From assembly GCA_963666215.2 (NCBI GenBank), contig CAXWPL010000005.1, forward strand, positions 1 through 64,000: a stretch of 64,000 nucleotides of DNA, written 5' to 3'. Positions 37,864 through 47,606 of this stretch are shown one piece after another. The notes below the pieces were generated by a model. That model was given only the letters and a program-made list of their open reading frames with translations, was not told where the DNA came from and made no database searches. Positions within the stretch are counted from its first letter, which is position 1. Each line of letters starts with the position of its first letter. The position numbers and the translations under genes are program-made. This stretch comes from Acidobacteriota bacterium. GTDB lineage: Bacteria; Acidobacteriota; UBA890; WLXD01.

Positions 37864-38277
37864 ATGCCCAGCGACGAAGCGCCTGTCGGCGCCGCCGCGG
37901 ATGCCGCGGCAAGCACCGGACCGCCCCCCGCCGATCCGGCGACGTGTAGGGCGATCGCCATCTCCCAGGAGGCGCTCGAGACGTCGGTTCTCGACGGCGA
38001 GTGGAAAGACACCGACTTCCTCTTCTACCTGGAGCCTGCCGGCGTTTTGAACGTGCGGCTCGTTTGCTCGCGCACGCCACGCGACGAAAAGCTCCCGGCC
38101 GGCATTCTCATGACCCGAGCTGGCCGTGAGGCAAGAACCGTCTTCTTCGATGACGGCGTCAACCCCGAGTCCTACGAGCTGAGCTTTCCCAAGGAATTCG
38201 GGTATGTGAAGTCGATTCAGCACTACGAGCCTGAGTCGCGCGAACACGCGAAATACCCCTGGGCCAAGAAGTACTGA
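37864..38277 (+). CDS. hypothetical protein
   Basis: SD AGGAG, strong GC3 bias, globular-looking 137 aa; no family recognised. Confidence 0.75.
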   Translation: MPSDEAPVGAAADAAASTGPPPADPATCRAIAISQEALETSVLDGEWKDTDFLFYLEPAGVLNVRLVCSRTPRDEKLPAGILMTRAGREARTVFFDDGVNPESYELSFPKEFGYVKSIQHYEPESREHAKYPWAKKY

Positions 38278-38341
38278 TCGCTCGACGCCTCCGACCCGCG
38301 CCGCCTGGCTAGCAGCGGAGGAAGCGCGGAGCTCGGAAAAG

Positions 38342-38372
38342 TTGAGAAAAGTGTCAGGATTTCGTATCCTGA
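38342..38372 (+). promoter_or_regulatory. sigma70 promoter of the suf operon with palindromic operator
   Basis: TTGAGA-17bp-TATCCT; inverted repeat TCAGGAT-ttcgt-ATCCTGA (38354-38372) overlaps the -10 box. Confidence 0.7.
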
Positions 38373-38500
38373 TAGCTACTGACGAGTCCGAGCACTCCCT
38401 TTCGACTTCTAGTGGCCTGCCGGGCTCTTGTTCTTCGGCCGCCGTCCGGGCGCGCTTCTCGCCCCTGGCCGCGCTCGCAACCACATCGGGAACGATCGAA

Positions 38501-39043
38501 GTGAAAATCACCGCACTGGAGAAGTACGGTCTCCGCTGCATGATTCAGCTCGCGACCGCCGAACCGGGCCAACCGATCACGGTGGCCTATGTGGCCGAGC
38601 GCGAAGGCCTTTCGCCCGAGTACGCTGGCAAGCTCCTGAATCTCTTGGGCCAGGCACAGCTGGTGAGCAGCGTCCGAGGTCGCAACGGCGGCTTTGTGCT
38701 CACCAAGACCGCCGACGAGATCAGTCTCGCCGAGATCGTCGGCGCGCTGTCGGACGGCCTGTTCGACGCCCAGTACTGTCAGCGCTACAGCGGCATCGAG
38801 GACAACTGCGTGCACCTGTCCTCGTGCTCTCTCCGTCCCGTGTGGTGGACGCTCTCGCAGATGATCCAGCGGACACTAGAACGCGTCAGCTTGATAGATC
38901 TCATGCAAACGGAGCGTCAAGTCCGGCGCGGACTTCGCACACACCTCGAGACCACCGAGGCCACGATCGACATCGCTCGCCCCAGGTCCCTTTCGGATGG
39001 GGCACCGAGATTGCACGAGTTGCAGATCAGCGACGAACGCTGA
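38501..39043 (+). CDS. Rrf2/IscR-like transcriptional regulator
   Basis: GTG start, YGLRCM, LV.SVRGRNGGFVL, three-Cys cluster C-x9-C-x5-C. Confidence 0.9.
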   Translation: MKITALEKYGLRCMIQLATAEPGQPITVAYVAEREGLSPEYAGKLLNLLGQAQLVSSVRGRNGGFVLTKTADEISLAEIVGALSDGLFDAQYCQRYSGIEDNCVHLSSCSLRPVWWTLSQMIQRTLERVSLIDLMQTERQVRRGLRTHLETTEATIDIARPRSLSDGAPRLHELQISDER

Positions 39044-39172
39044 GGCGATTCGGAGCGCTACGGCGCGAAGTTGCGCCGATTCCGCCCGAGCTCACCTCAA
39101 CACAACGCCGCAGCGTTCGAACCACGACCCAACCCCCCAGAAAACAAATCCACGAAGTTCTAGGAGCAGTTC

Positions 39173-39997
39173 ATGAGTGACGAGGGGCCACTGTTCGAAG
39201 CGCGCGGCCTGCGTGTGGCGATCGAGGGCAAAGAGATCCTGCGCGGCGTCGATCTGACGATCAACCGCGGCGAGGTGCACGCGCTGATGGGCCGCAACGG
39301 CTCGGGCAAGAGCACCCTCGCCTACGTCGCGTTGGGTCACCCCCACTACGAAGTACTCGGCGGTCAGATTCTCTACAAGGGCGTCGACGTGACCGAGCTC
39401 GACACCGACGTGCGCGCCCGCATGGGGATGTTCCTGGCCTTCCAGTACCCCATGGCGATTCCCGGCGTGACCGTCTCCAAGTTCATGCACTCGGCCCTGA
39501 AGGCGCGTGCCACAGACAACGGCGACGACTCCAACAGCTCCAATGGTCAGGGCTCTTTCAAGACCGCCGGAACCATACCGATCCGCGAATTCCGCCAGAA
39601 CCTCACCAAGGCAATGGACCTGCTTGGCGTCGACAAATCGTTCACCGGACGCTACGTCAACGACGGCTTCTCGGGCGGCGAGAAGAAGCGTCTCGAGATC
39701 CTGCAGATGTTCATGCTGCAGCCCGAGTTCTCGATTCTCGACGAAACCGACTCCGGCCTCGACATCGACGCCCTCAAGACGGTCGCCGAGGGCGTCAACG
39801 CGACGCGCTCGCCCGAACGCTCGCATCTGGTCATCACGCACTACCAACGCGTTCTCAACTACATCGAGCCCGACGTCGTGCACGTGATGATGGACGGCAA
39901 GATTGTGCGCACCGGCGGTCCCGAGCTGTCGCAAGCGCTCGAAGAGCAAGGCTACGAGTGGCTCGAGGATGAGCTGCTCCAACCCGCGGGGAAATAA
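39173..39997 (+). CDS. sufC: Fe-S assembly ATPase SufC
   Basis: [40 protein letters not shown]. Confidence 0.96.
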   Translation: MSDEGPLFEARGLRVAIEGKEILRGVDLTINRGEVHALMGRNGSGKSTLAYVALGHPHYEVLGGQILYKGVDVTELDTDVRARMGMFLAFQYPMAIPGVTVSKFMHSALKARATDNGDDSNSSNGQGSFKTAGTIPIREFRQNLTKAMDLLGVDKSFTGRYVNDGFSGGEKKRLEILQMFMLQPEFSILDETDSGLDIDALKTVAEGVNATRSPERSHLVITHYQRVLNYIEPDVVHVMMDGKIVRTGGPELSQALEEQGYEWLEDELLQPAGK

Positions 39998-39999
39998 AC

Positions 40000-41439
40000 A
40001 TGGCCCAATCTCAAGAGACCCAAGAAGTGGTCGACAAGACCGACGTCAGCGGCATCAACGACGACTACAAATACGGCTTTCACGATCCCGAGGTCTCGGT
40101 CTTCAAGGTCGACAAGGGCCTTACCGCCGACACCGTGCGTGCGATATCCGCCAAGAAGGAAGAGCCCGCCTGGATGACCGAATTCCGTCTCGAGGCGTTC
40201 AAGACCTTCCAGGAAAAACCGATGCCGAAGTGGGGCAACACCAGCCTCCTCAACAGCATCGACTTCGACGAGATCTACTACTACCTCAAGCCCGCCGAGC
40301 AGATGGAAAACTCGTGGGACGACGTCCCGGAGTACATCAAGAACACCTTCGAGAAGCTCGGGATTCCCGAGGCCGAGCGCAAGTTCCTCGCCGGGGTGTC
40401 GGCGCAGTACGAGTCGGAGGTCGTCTACCACTCGCTGCAGGAAGAGATCGAGAAGCAGGGTGTCATCTTCACCGACATGGACACCGGGCTACGCGAGTAC
40501 GAGGACCTCGTCAAGAAGTACTGGGCGACGGTCATTCCGCCGGCCGACAACAAGTTCGCGGCGCTGAACTCGTCGGTGTGGTCGGGCGGCTCGTTCGTCT
40601 ACATCCCACCCGGCGTCGAGGTAACGATGCCTCTGCAGGCCTACTTCCGCATCAACTCCGAGAACATGGGCCAGTTCGAGCGCACGATGATCATCGCCGA
40701 CGAAGGCTCGCGGGTTCACTACATCGAGGGCTGCACGGCGCCGACCTACGTCGCCGACTCACTCCACTCTGCCGTGGTTGAGTTGATAGCCCTGCCCGGC
40801 TCGCACCTGCGCTACACCACCATTCAGAACTGGTCGAAGAACGTCTACAACCTGGTCACCAAGCGCGCGATCGCATACGAGAATGCCACGGTCGAGTGGG
40901 TTGACGGCAATCTCGGATCGAAGCTGACGATGAAGTTCCCCTGCGTCTACCTCGTTGGCGAGGGCGCCCACGGAGAGATTCTTTCGGTGGCGTTCTCCAA
41001 CGCCGGGCAGCACCAGGACGCCGGCGCCAAGATCTACCACGTCGCCCCCAACACCACGTCGAGAATCACGTCGAAGTCGATCTCCAAGGGCGGCGGGCGC
41101 TCGTCGTACCGCGGCATGGTGAAGGTTTACCCGGGTGCGGTCGGCTCGAAGGTGCACGTCGAATGCGACGCCCTGCTGATGGACAAGGACTCGCGCTCCG
41201 ACACCTACCCGACGATGGAAATCGCCGAGGAGCAGGTGCAGGTCGAGCACGAGGCCAGGGTCTCGAAGGTCGGCGACGAGCAGCTGTTTTATCTGATGAG
41301 CAGGGGCCTAACTGAAGAAGAAGCCTTGGTCATGGTGGTGAACGGCTTCATCGAGCCCTTCGTCAAGGAGCTCCCGATGGAGTACGCCGTGGAGCTCAAC
41401 CGTTTGATCCAGCTCGAGATGGAAGGATCCGTCGGATGA
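40000..41439 (+). CDS. sufB: Fe-S assembly protein SufB
   Basis: [47 protein letters not shown]. Confidence 0.97.
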   Translation: MAQSQETQEVVDKTDVSGINDDYKYGFHDPEVSVFKVDKGLTADTVRAISAKKEEPAWMTEFRLEAFKTFQEKPMPKWGNTSLLNSIDFDEIYYYLKPAEQMENSWDDVPEYIKNTFEKLGIPEAERKFLAGVSAQYESEVVYHSLQEEIEKQGVIFTDMDTGLREYEDLVKKYWATVIPPADNKFAALNSSVWSGGSFVYIPPGVEVTMPLQAYFRINSENMGQFERTMIIADEGSRVHYIEGCTAPTYVADSLHSAVVELIALPGSHLRYTTIQNWSKNVYNLVTKRAIAYENATVEWVDGNLGSKLTMKFPCVYLVGEGAHGEILSVAFSNAGQHQDAGAKIYHVAPNTTSRITSKSISKGGGRSSYRGMVKVYPGAVGSKVHVECDALLMDKDSRSDTYPTMEIAEEQVQVEHEARVSKVGDEQLFYLMSRGLTEEEALVMVVNGFIEPFVKELPMEYAVELNRLIQLEMEGSVG

Positions 41440-42863
41440 CTGTGGCGTTGGAGGAAACCGAGCCGGCCCGCTCGCAGAATTCGACGGGGTCGCCCGATCC
41501 GGCGGCCTCGACGAAGACCGGGCCCGACGCCGTTCGGGCGCTCGCCCAATCGGGTGGAGAGCCCGTGTGGCTGGCCGAGCGCCGTTTGGCGGCGTGGGAC
41601 AGCTACGAGGCGGCCCCCCTACCCGACCGCGTGACCCATCTGTGGCGATACAGCGAGCCCGAGCGATTTCTGCTCGACAGGGCCAAGTCGCTGGAGCTGC
41701 TGGGCTCGTCGGGGGAATCGGGCACCGACGACGGTCTGGGCGATAACGGCCAGCCTGTGGCCGATGAAGCCTCCGGCAACGGACTGGCGGGCGAGATTAC
41801 CGTCGACAACGGCAACGTCACACGCCTGGCGCTGGCCAGCGAGCACTGGGACGCCGGCGTCGTGCTCAGCGACCTGCGAACCGCGGCCACGACCCACGAA
41901 GAGCTCGTGCAGCGGCATCTCGGGTCGATCATCGACGGCGACGCTGACGGAGCCGGAAAGTTCGAGGCCCTCAACGCCGCCCTGTTCGAGCGTGGAGTTT
42001 TTCTGTACATCCCGCGCAACGTAACGGTTGAAGCACCGATCCGGCTGCGCTGGAGTGTCGATCGCGACCTTTCGGCCGCCTTCCCGCGACTGCTGATCGT
42101 CCTCGAAGAGGGCGCCCAGGCCACACTGATCGACGAGTACGGCAACAGCGGCGCCGGCTCAGCGGCGAGCACGGCCCCTCGCTGCCTGGCGAACTGCGTT
42201 GTAGAGGGCTCGCTCGGTGCCAACTCGCGATTGACCTACGTGAACATCCAGCGCTGGGGAAACCGGACACGGAGTCATGCGCGACAGCGATTCGAGGTCG
42301 GGCGCGACGCGGCCGTCGCCACGATCAATCTCGGCCTCGGCGGGCGCTACAACAAGTCCGACATCAGCAACGTGCAGGCCGGCCCGAACGCACAGGCCGA
42401 GATGATTGGCGTGGTTTACGGTAGCGGCGGTCAGCATTTCGACTACCGCACCGAGCACATCCACCGCGCCAGCCACAGCCGCTCCGACATGGACTTCAAG
42501 GTGGTGCTCGAAAACGAGGCGCACTCGGTCTACACCGGCCTGATCCGCATCGACCTCGAAGCCGCCCATTGCGAGGCCTATCAGGAAAACCGCAATCTGA
42601 TGCTCGACCCGACCTGCCGAGCCGAGTCGATCCCCGAGCTCGAGATCCTCAACGAGGAGGTGCGCTGCACGCACGGCGCCACGGTGGGGCCGATCGACGA
42701 GGACCAGGTCTACTACCTGCGCACCAGAGGCCTGTCGCTCCGTGAAGCCGAGCGCTTGATCGTCGAGGGCTTCTTCGGCCCGGCGCTCGACCGCATCGAC
42801 GACGAGAGCCTGCGCACGGAGCTCTGGGACATGATCGATGCCAAGATCGAGGGGCGGCTGTGA
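41436..42863 (+). CDS. sufD: Fe-S assembly protein SufD
   Basis: [36 protein letters not shown]. Confidence 0.94.
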   Translation: MTVALEETEPARSQNSTGSPDPAASTKTGPDAVRALAQSGGEPVWLAERRLAAWDSYEAAPLPDRVTHLWRYSEPERFLLDRAKSLELLGSSGESGTDDGLGDNGQPVADEASGNGLAGEITVDNGNVTRLALASEHWDAGVVLSDLRTAATTHEELVQRHLGSIIDGDADGAGKFEALNAALFERGVFLYIPRNVTVEAPIRLRWSVDRDLSAAFPRLLIVLEEGAQATLIDEYGNSGAGSAASTAPRCLANCVVEGSLGANSRLTYVNIQRWGNRTRSHARQRFEVGRDAAVATINLGLGGRYNKSDISNVQAGPNAQAEMIGVVYGSGGQHFDYRTEHIHRASHSRSDMDFKVVLENEAHSVYTGLIRIDLEAAHCEAYQENRNLMLDPTCRAESIPELEILNEEVRCTHGATVGPIDEDQVYYLRTRGLSLREAERLIVEGFFGPALDRIDDESLRTELWDMIDAKIEGRL

Positions 42864-43234
42864 TGGCGACTGCGAGCGCAGAGTTGGCCACATGGGTGGA
42901 TGTTGCGGCGTCCGAAGATATTCCGGAAGGCGAAGCACGGCCGTTCACCGCGGGCGACGAGCGCGTTGCCATCTGTCGCGCTGAGGGCAACCTGTACGCT
43001 GTGCAAGACCTTTGCAGTCACGACGACGGCCCGCTCGGCGAAGGCCAGCTCGAAGACTTCTGGATCGAGTGCCCGCGCCACGGGGCACGCTTCGATGTCC
43101 GAGACGGATCGGTGGCCTCGATGCCGGCGATCGTCCCGATAGGGACGTTCGAGGTCCGCGAACAGGGCGGGCGCGTGCAGGTGGAGGTGGCGGTAGCAAC
43201 CGCAGCTGCGGCTCGAACCGACGACGACTGGTAA
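42863..43234 (+). CDS. Rieske-type ferredoxin in the suf operon
   Basis: CSHDDGPL...IECPRHGARFD. Confidence 0.92.
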   Translation: MATASAELATWVDVAASEDIPEGEARPFTAGDERVAICRAEGNLYAVQDLCSHDDGPLGEGQLEDFWIECPRHGARFDVRDGSVASMPAIVPIGTFEVREQGGRVQVEVAVATAAAARTDDDW

Positions 43235-43252
43235 GGTCGAGTCCCCGAGGCC

Positions 43253-44611
43253 ATGAGCATCGTCGACGCTAAAGCTCAGAAAGATATCGAGACAGATATC
43301 GAGGCGAGCATCGAGCTCTCTCCGCCCCCCGCAGGCGACGGCCACGCGGCCCGGCTCGGACTCGATGTGGCGGCCATCCGTGCCGATTTTCCGATCCTGC
43401 AGAGGAAGGTGCACGGCGAGCCCCTCGTTTATCTCGACAACTCCGCCACGACGCAACGGCCCGAGGTGGTGATCAGCGCGATTGCCGACTTCTATCGAAC
43501 CTCGAACGCCAACGTCCACCGCGGCGTGCATGCGCTTTCAGAGGAGGCCACCGCCGCCTACGAGGGCGCCCGCGAAAAGGTGGCGGCGTTCATCAACGCC
43601 GACCAGACCCAAAGTGTGGTCTTCACCCGTAATACGACAGAGTCGATCAACCTCGTAGCCCACGCCTGGGGCCGCAAGCACCTCGGCGAGGGCGATGAGG
43701 TGCTGCTGAGCGTGTTGGAGCATCACTCCAACCTGGTGCCCTGGCAGATGCTCGCGCAGGCCACGGGTTGCACGCTGCGTTTTCTGGACATCGACGACGA
43801 GGGTCGGCTGCGACTCGATCAACTCCACGAGCAGGATCTGGATCTGCTCAACGACCGCACCCGCCTGGTGGCCATCACCCATGTCTCGAACGCTCTGGGG
43901 GCGATCAACCCGGTGCGCGAGATCGCCGATGCGGCCCACGCCAAGGGGGCTCTGCTGCTGGTTGACGGCGCCCAGGGAGTGCCGCATGCGCCGGTTGACG
44001 TGCAGGCGCTCGGAGCCGACTTCTACGCGTTCTCGCCGCACAAGGCGTGCGGCCCGATGGGCATCGGCGTGCTGTGGGCCAAGCGCGACCTACTGGAACA
44101 GATGGACCCGTTCCTCGGCGGCGGCGAGATGATCCGCGACGTCACGCTCGAGCGCAGCACCTGGGCCCAGGTTCCCTCCAAGTTCGAGGCCGGCACGCCG
44201 AGCGTCGCCGACGCGGTCGGACTGGGCGCCGCCATCGACTACCTGAGCGCGCTCGGCATGAACAACGTCCGCGCCCACGAGCAGCGTGTGGTGACATATC
44301 TGCTCGAGCGGCTCCAGGAGCTCCCGTTCCTGACACTGTACGGCCCGCGCGACCCGCAGGATGTGACGACCCGCTGCAGCGTGGCGTCGTTCAACGACAA
44401 CGACATCCACCCGCATGACCTCGGCACCATCCTCGATCGCTCGGGCATTGCGATTCGTGCCGGACACCACTGCGCCAAGCCACTCATGCGCCGACTCGGC
44501 GTGATGGCCACGGCGCGTGCTTCGTTCTACATCTACAACGACATCGATGAAGTCGATCTCTTGATCGACGCTTTGCGCGGGGCACGCAAGGTCTTCGGAC
44601 TGCCTGCGTAG
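43253..44611 (+). CDS. sufS: cysteine desulfurase SufS
   Basis: YLDNSAT, NVHRGVH, EHHSN, FSPHK, FEAGTP, RAGHHCA. Confidence 0.96.
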   Translation: MSIVDAKAQKDIETDIEASIELSPPPAGDGHAARLGLDVAAIRADFPILQRKVHGEPLVYLDNSATTQRPEVVISAIADFYRTSNANVHRGVHALSEEATAAYEGAREKVAAFINADQTQSVVFTRNTTESINLVAHAWGRKHLGEGDEVLLSVLEHHSNLVPWQMLAQATGCTLRFLDIDDEGRLRLDQLHEQDLDLLNDRTRLVAITHVSNALGAINPVREIADAAHAKGALLLVDGAQGVPHAPVDVQALGADFYAFSPHKACGPMGIGVLWAKRDLLEQMDPFLGGGEMIRDVTLERSTWAQVPSKFEAGTPSVADAVGLGAAIDYLSALGMNNVRAHEQRVVTYLLERLQELPFLTLYGPRDPQDVTTRCSVASFNDNDIHPHDLGTILDRSGIAIRAGHHCAKPLMRRLGVMATARASFYIYNDIDEVDLLIDALRGARKVFGLPA

Positions 44612-44670
44612 CGAACGCAGGAAAACGTTCCGCCAACCCGCGCTCCCGCGGAGCGGAAAGCAAGAAACTC

Positions 44671-45213
44671 ATGCAAGGACTCGACGAGCTCTATCGCGAG
44701 GTCATCCTCGACCACTACCGGACTCCGCACGGATCACAGGACGTTAGCGACCCCGACGTGGAAGTCGAAGGCTTCAATCCGCTGTGTGGCGACGAGCTCA
44801 AGATGCGTCTGCGTCTCGAGGCGCCGGCGGGGGCGGCAGACGGTGGAAACGGCCGCGTAGCGCGTGCGGTTGGTGCCGATCATCGGATCGCCGAGGTGCA
44901 GATCGAGCCCAACGGATGCTCGATCTCCGTCGCCTCGGCCTCGATGCTGGCTCAGCAGCTCACCGGGCGCACCATCGCCGAGGTCGTGACTCTCAAGGAG
45001 ACCTTCAAGGAGGTCATGCGCGGGGGCGATTGGCCCGAAGGAACCGACTTCGGCGATCTGGAAGCCCTCGAGGGCGTAAAGAACTTCCCCGTGCGCATCA
45101 AGTGCGCGCTGCTCGCCTGGATGACGCTCGAGCAGGCGCTCGCTCAGCTTGCCCCCGACGCTGTGGGGGAAATCGAAATCGACGCCGATATCGAGGTCCG
45201 AACGGCGGGCTGA
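44671..45213 (+). CDS. sufU: SUF sulfur-transfer protein SufU
   Basis: LYREVILDH, NPLCGD, GCSIS.ASAS, PVRIKCA. Confidence 0.94.
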   Translation: MQGLDELYREVILDHYRTPHGSQDVSDPDVEVEGFNPLCGDELKMRLRLEAPAGAADGGNGRVARAVGADHRIAEVQIEPNGCSISVASASMLAQQLTGRTIAEVVTLKETFKEVMRGGDWPEGTDFGDLEALEGVKNFPVRIKCALLAWMTLEQALAQLAPDAVGEIEIDADIEVRTAG

Positions 45214-45284
45214 TCCGCCGCTGCCGATTGTCCCAATTCTCCCGCTTGTGAAGAGACCGAAAACGCGGCCGACAGGAGGCTGAT

Positions 45285-45602
45285 ATGCCGATTCCATCCA
45301 AAGAAGACATCATCGAGTCGCTCAAGCCGATCATCGACCCCGAGCTTGGCATCTCCATCGTCGACCTTGGGCTGATCTACGACGTCGAGCCGGATGACGA
45401 GAAGAAGGCGGTGCGCGTGAAGATGACACTCACCTCACCCGCCTGCCCCGTGGGCCCGCAGATCATGGGCGCGATCCACTCGCAGTGCTTGCAGCTCGAG
45501 GACGTCGACGACGTCGACCTGCAGCTCGTCTGGACACCACCATGGGATCCGCGGACCATGGCCACCGAGGATGTCCGCATGATGCTGGGGATCTGGGAGT
45601 AG
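45285..45602 (+). CDS. sufT: DUF59/SufT Fe-S maturation protein
   Basis: [30 protein letters not shown]. Confidence 0.92.
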   Translation: MPIPSKEDIIESLKPIIDPELGISIVDLGLIYDVEPDDEKKAVRVKMTLTSPACPVGPQIMGAIHSQCLQLEDVDDVDLQLVWTPPWDPRTMATEDVRMMLGIWE

Positions 45603-45720
45603 CCGACCCGGGGCAGTGCCCGCAGCGCGGCCGTGTCAATATTCGACCGGCTCGGCGCGACACGCGTCGCGTCTCGAGAACCTTGCCGCGTACGAGCAAG
45701 GCCAACCACGGAGCTGCGGA

Positions 45721-47587
45721 ATGATCGGCAAGACTTCCGCGCACTACAAGATCCTCGAGAAGATCGGCGCCGGCGGGATGGGCGCGGTTTATCTCGCCGA
45801 GGACACCAACCTCGGACGCCGCGTGGCGGTCAAGTTCCTCTCTGAGGACCTCGAGCTCGACCCCGAGATGCTCGAGCGCTTCAAGCGCGAGGCACGCGCC
45901 GCCTCGGTACTCAACCACCCGGGGATCTGCACGGTCCATGTCGCCGGAGCAAGCGCGCGGCAAGCTCACCGATTCGCGTACCGACATCTTCTCGTTCGGC
46001 ACCGTGCTCTATCAGATGGCGACAGGCTCGGTGCCGTTTCAGGGCGACACGCAGGCGGTCGTCTTCGAAGCCATCCTCAATCGGGATCCGCGCCCGCTCG
46101 CCGAGCTCAGCTCCTCGGCGCCTCCCGCGCTCGGTCGCATCCTCGACAAGGCGCTCGAGAAAGACCGCAACCTGCGCTACCAGACCGCGACCGAGCTGAA
46201 GACCGATCTGCTGCGCCTCAAGCGTGATCTCGACTCCGACCGTCGGCGAGCAACCGAGCTATCCGACTCCAAAGGCAGCGTCGCGAGGCAGGCGGAGAGA
46301 TCGATCGCCGTTCTCTACTTCGAGAATCTGAGCGGCGCGAAGGACGACGAGTACTTCCACGACGGCATCACCGAGGACATCATCACCGAGCTGTCGAAGA
46401 TCAGAGGCCTGAACATCTTCTCGCGGCCCACGGTGCTCGCCTACCGCGACAAGCCGGTGACCCCCGCCCAGATCGGCCAGCAGCTGCAGGCGAGTCACGT
46501 ACTGGCCGGAAGCCTGCGCCGCGCCGGCAACCGTCTCCGTATCACGACCCAACTCGTCGACACCCAGACGGATTTCCCACTCTGGTCGGAGCGCTACGAC
46601 CGCGAGATGGAGGACGTCTTCGAGCTGCAGGACGAGATCGCCCGCAAGATCGCCGAGGCGCTGCGCATTACGCTCTCGCCACAGGAGGAACAGGAGCTCG
46701 CGGCCAAGCCCACCGACAACCTGCAGGCGTACGACCTCTACCTTCGCGGCCGCAGCTACGCCCGCCGGCTGACCCGCCAGGACATGGAGTTCGCGCTCCA
46801 GATGTTCGAGAACGCGGCCACTCAGGACGCGAATTTCGCCTTGGCCTATGCCGCGATCGCTCAAGCCTCCGCCTACTACCACTGCCACTATTCTCGCGAA
46901 GAGGTCTGGATCGATCGCGCCCGGGTTGCTTCGCAGCGCGCGGTCGCATTGCAGCCCGAAGTACCGGAGGGCATGGTCGCCCAGGCCTGGATCCTCTACG
47001 CCAAGGGGGAGTACGCCGAGGCGATCCAGATCGTGCGAGCCGTCATCGAGCGCAAGCGCGACTGCGAGGGCGCCTACTACCTGCTGCTGCGCGCGCTCTT
47101 TGCCTCGGGCAACTACCAGGAGGTCGCGAACCTGGCCGACACGGCGCTCGAGGCCGCCGGCGACGACTACAACGTTTACGTTCCGATCAAGAACTCGCTG
47201 CACGCCCTGGGCAAGGAGGAAGCGTTGAAGAACCTCCGCCAGCGGACCATACAGGTATACGAGACTCACCTTCGCCAGGTACCCGAAGACGCCCGAGCGC
47301 GGATCCTCCTGTCGAGCGACTATGCCGAGGAGGGCAGATCCGACGACGCCATGCGGGAGGCGAATCTGGCCATGCTGCTGCGCCCCAACGAGGCCTCGGT
47401 TCACTACAACGCCGCTTGCACCTTCTGCGCTCTCAACAAGAGAGACGAGGGCATGGACGCCATTCGTAAGGCGTGGCGCGCCGGCTTCAAGGACGCCGAT
47501 TGGGCGCGGAACGATCAGGATCTACAGCTGCTGCACAGCCTGCCGGAGTTCGACGAGCTCTATCCCGAGAAGAGCGCCGACGGCTGA
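45721..47587 (+). pseudogene. Ser/Thr kinase-TolB-like-TPR protein with deleted catalytic core
   Basis: GAGGMG, VAVK and NHPGICTVH fused out of frame at 45937-45940 to MSPEQARG; HRD and DFG absent. Downstream SIAVLYFENLS..YF.DGITEDII domain and TPRs are intact. Confidence 0.85.
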
Positions 47588-47606
47588 GGCGCTCCGCCAC
47601 GGCGGG

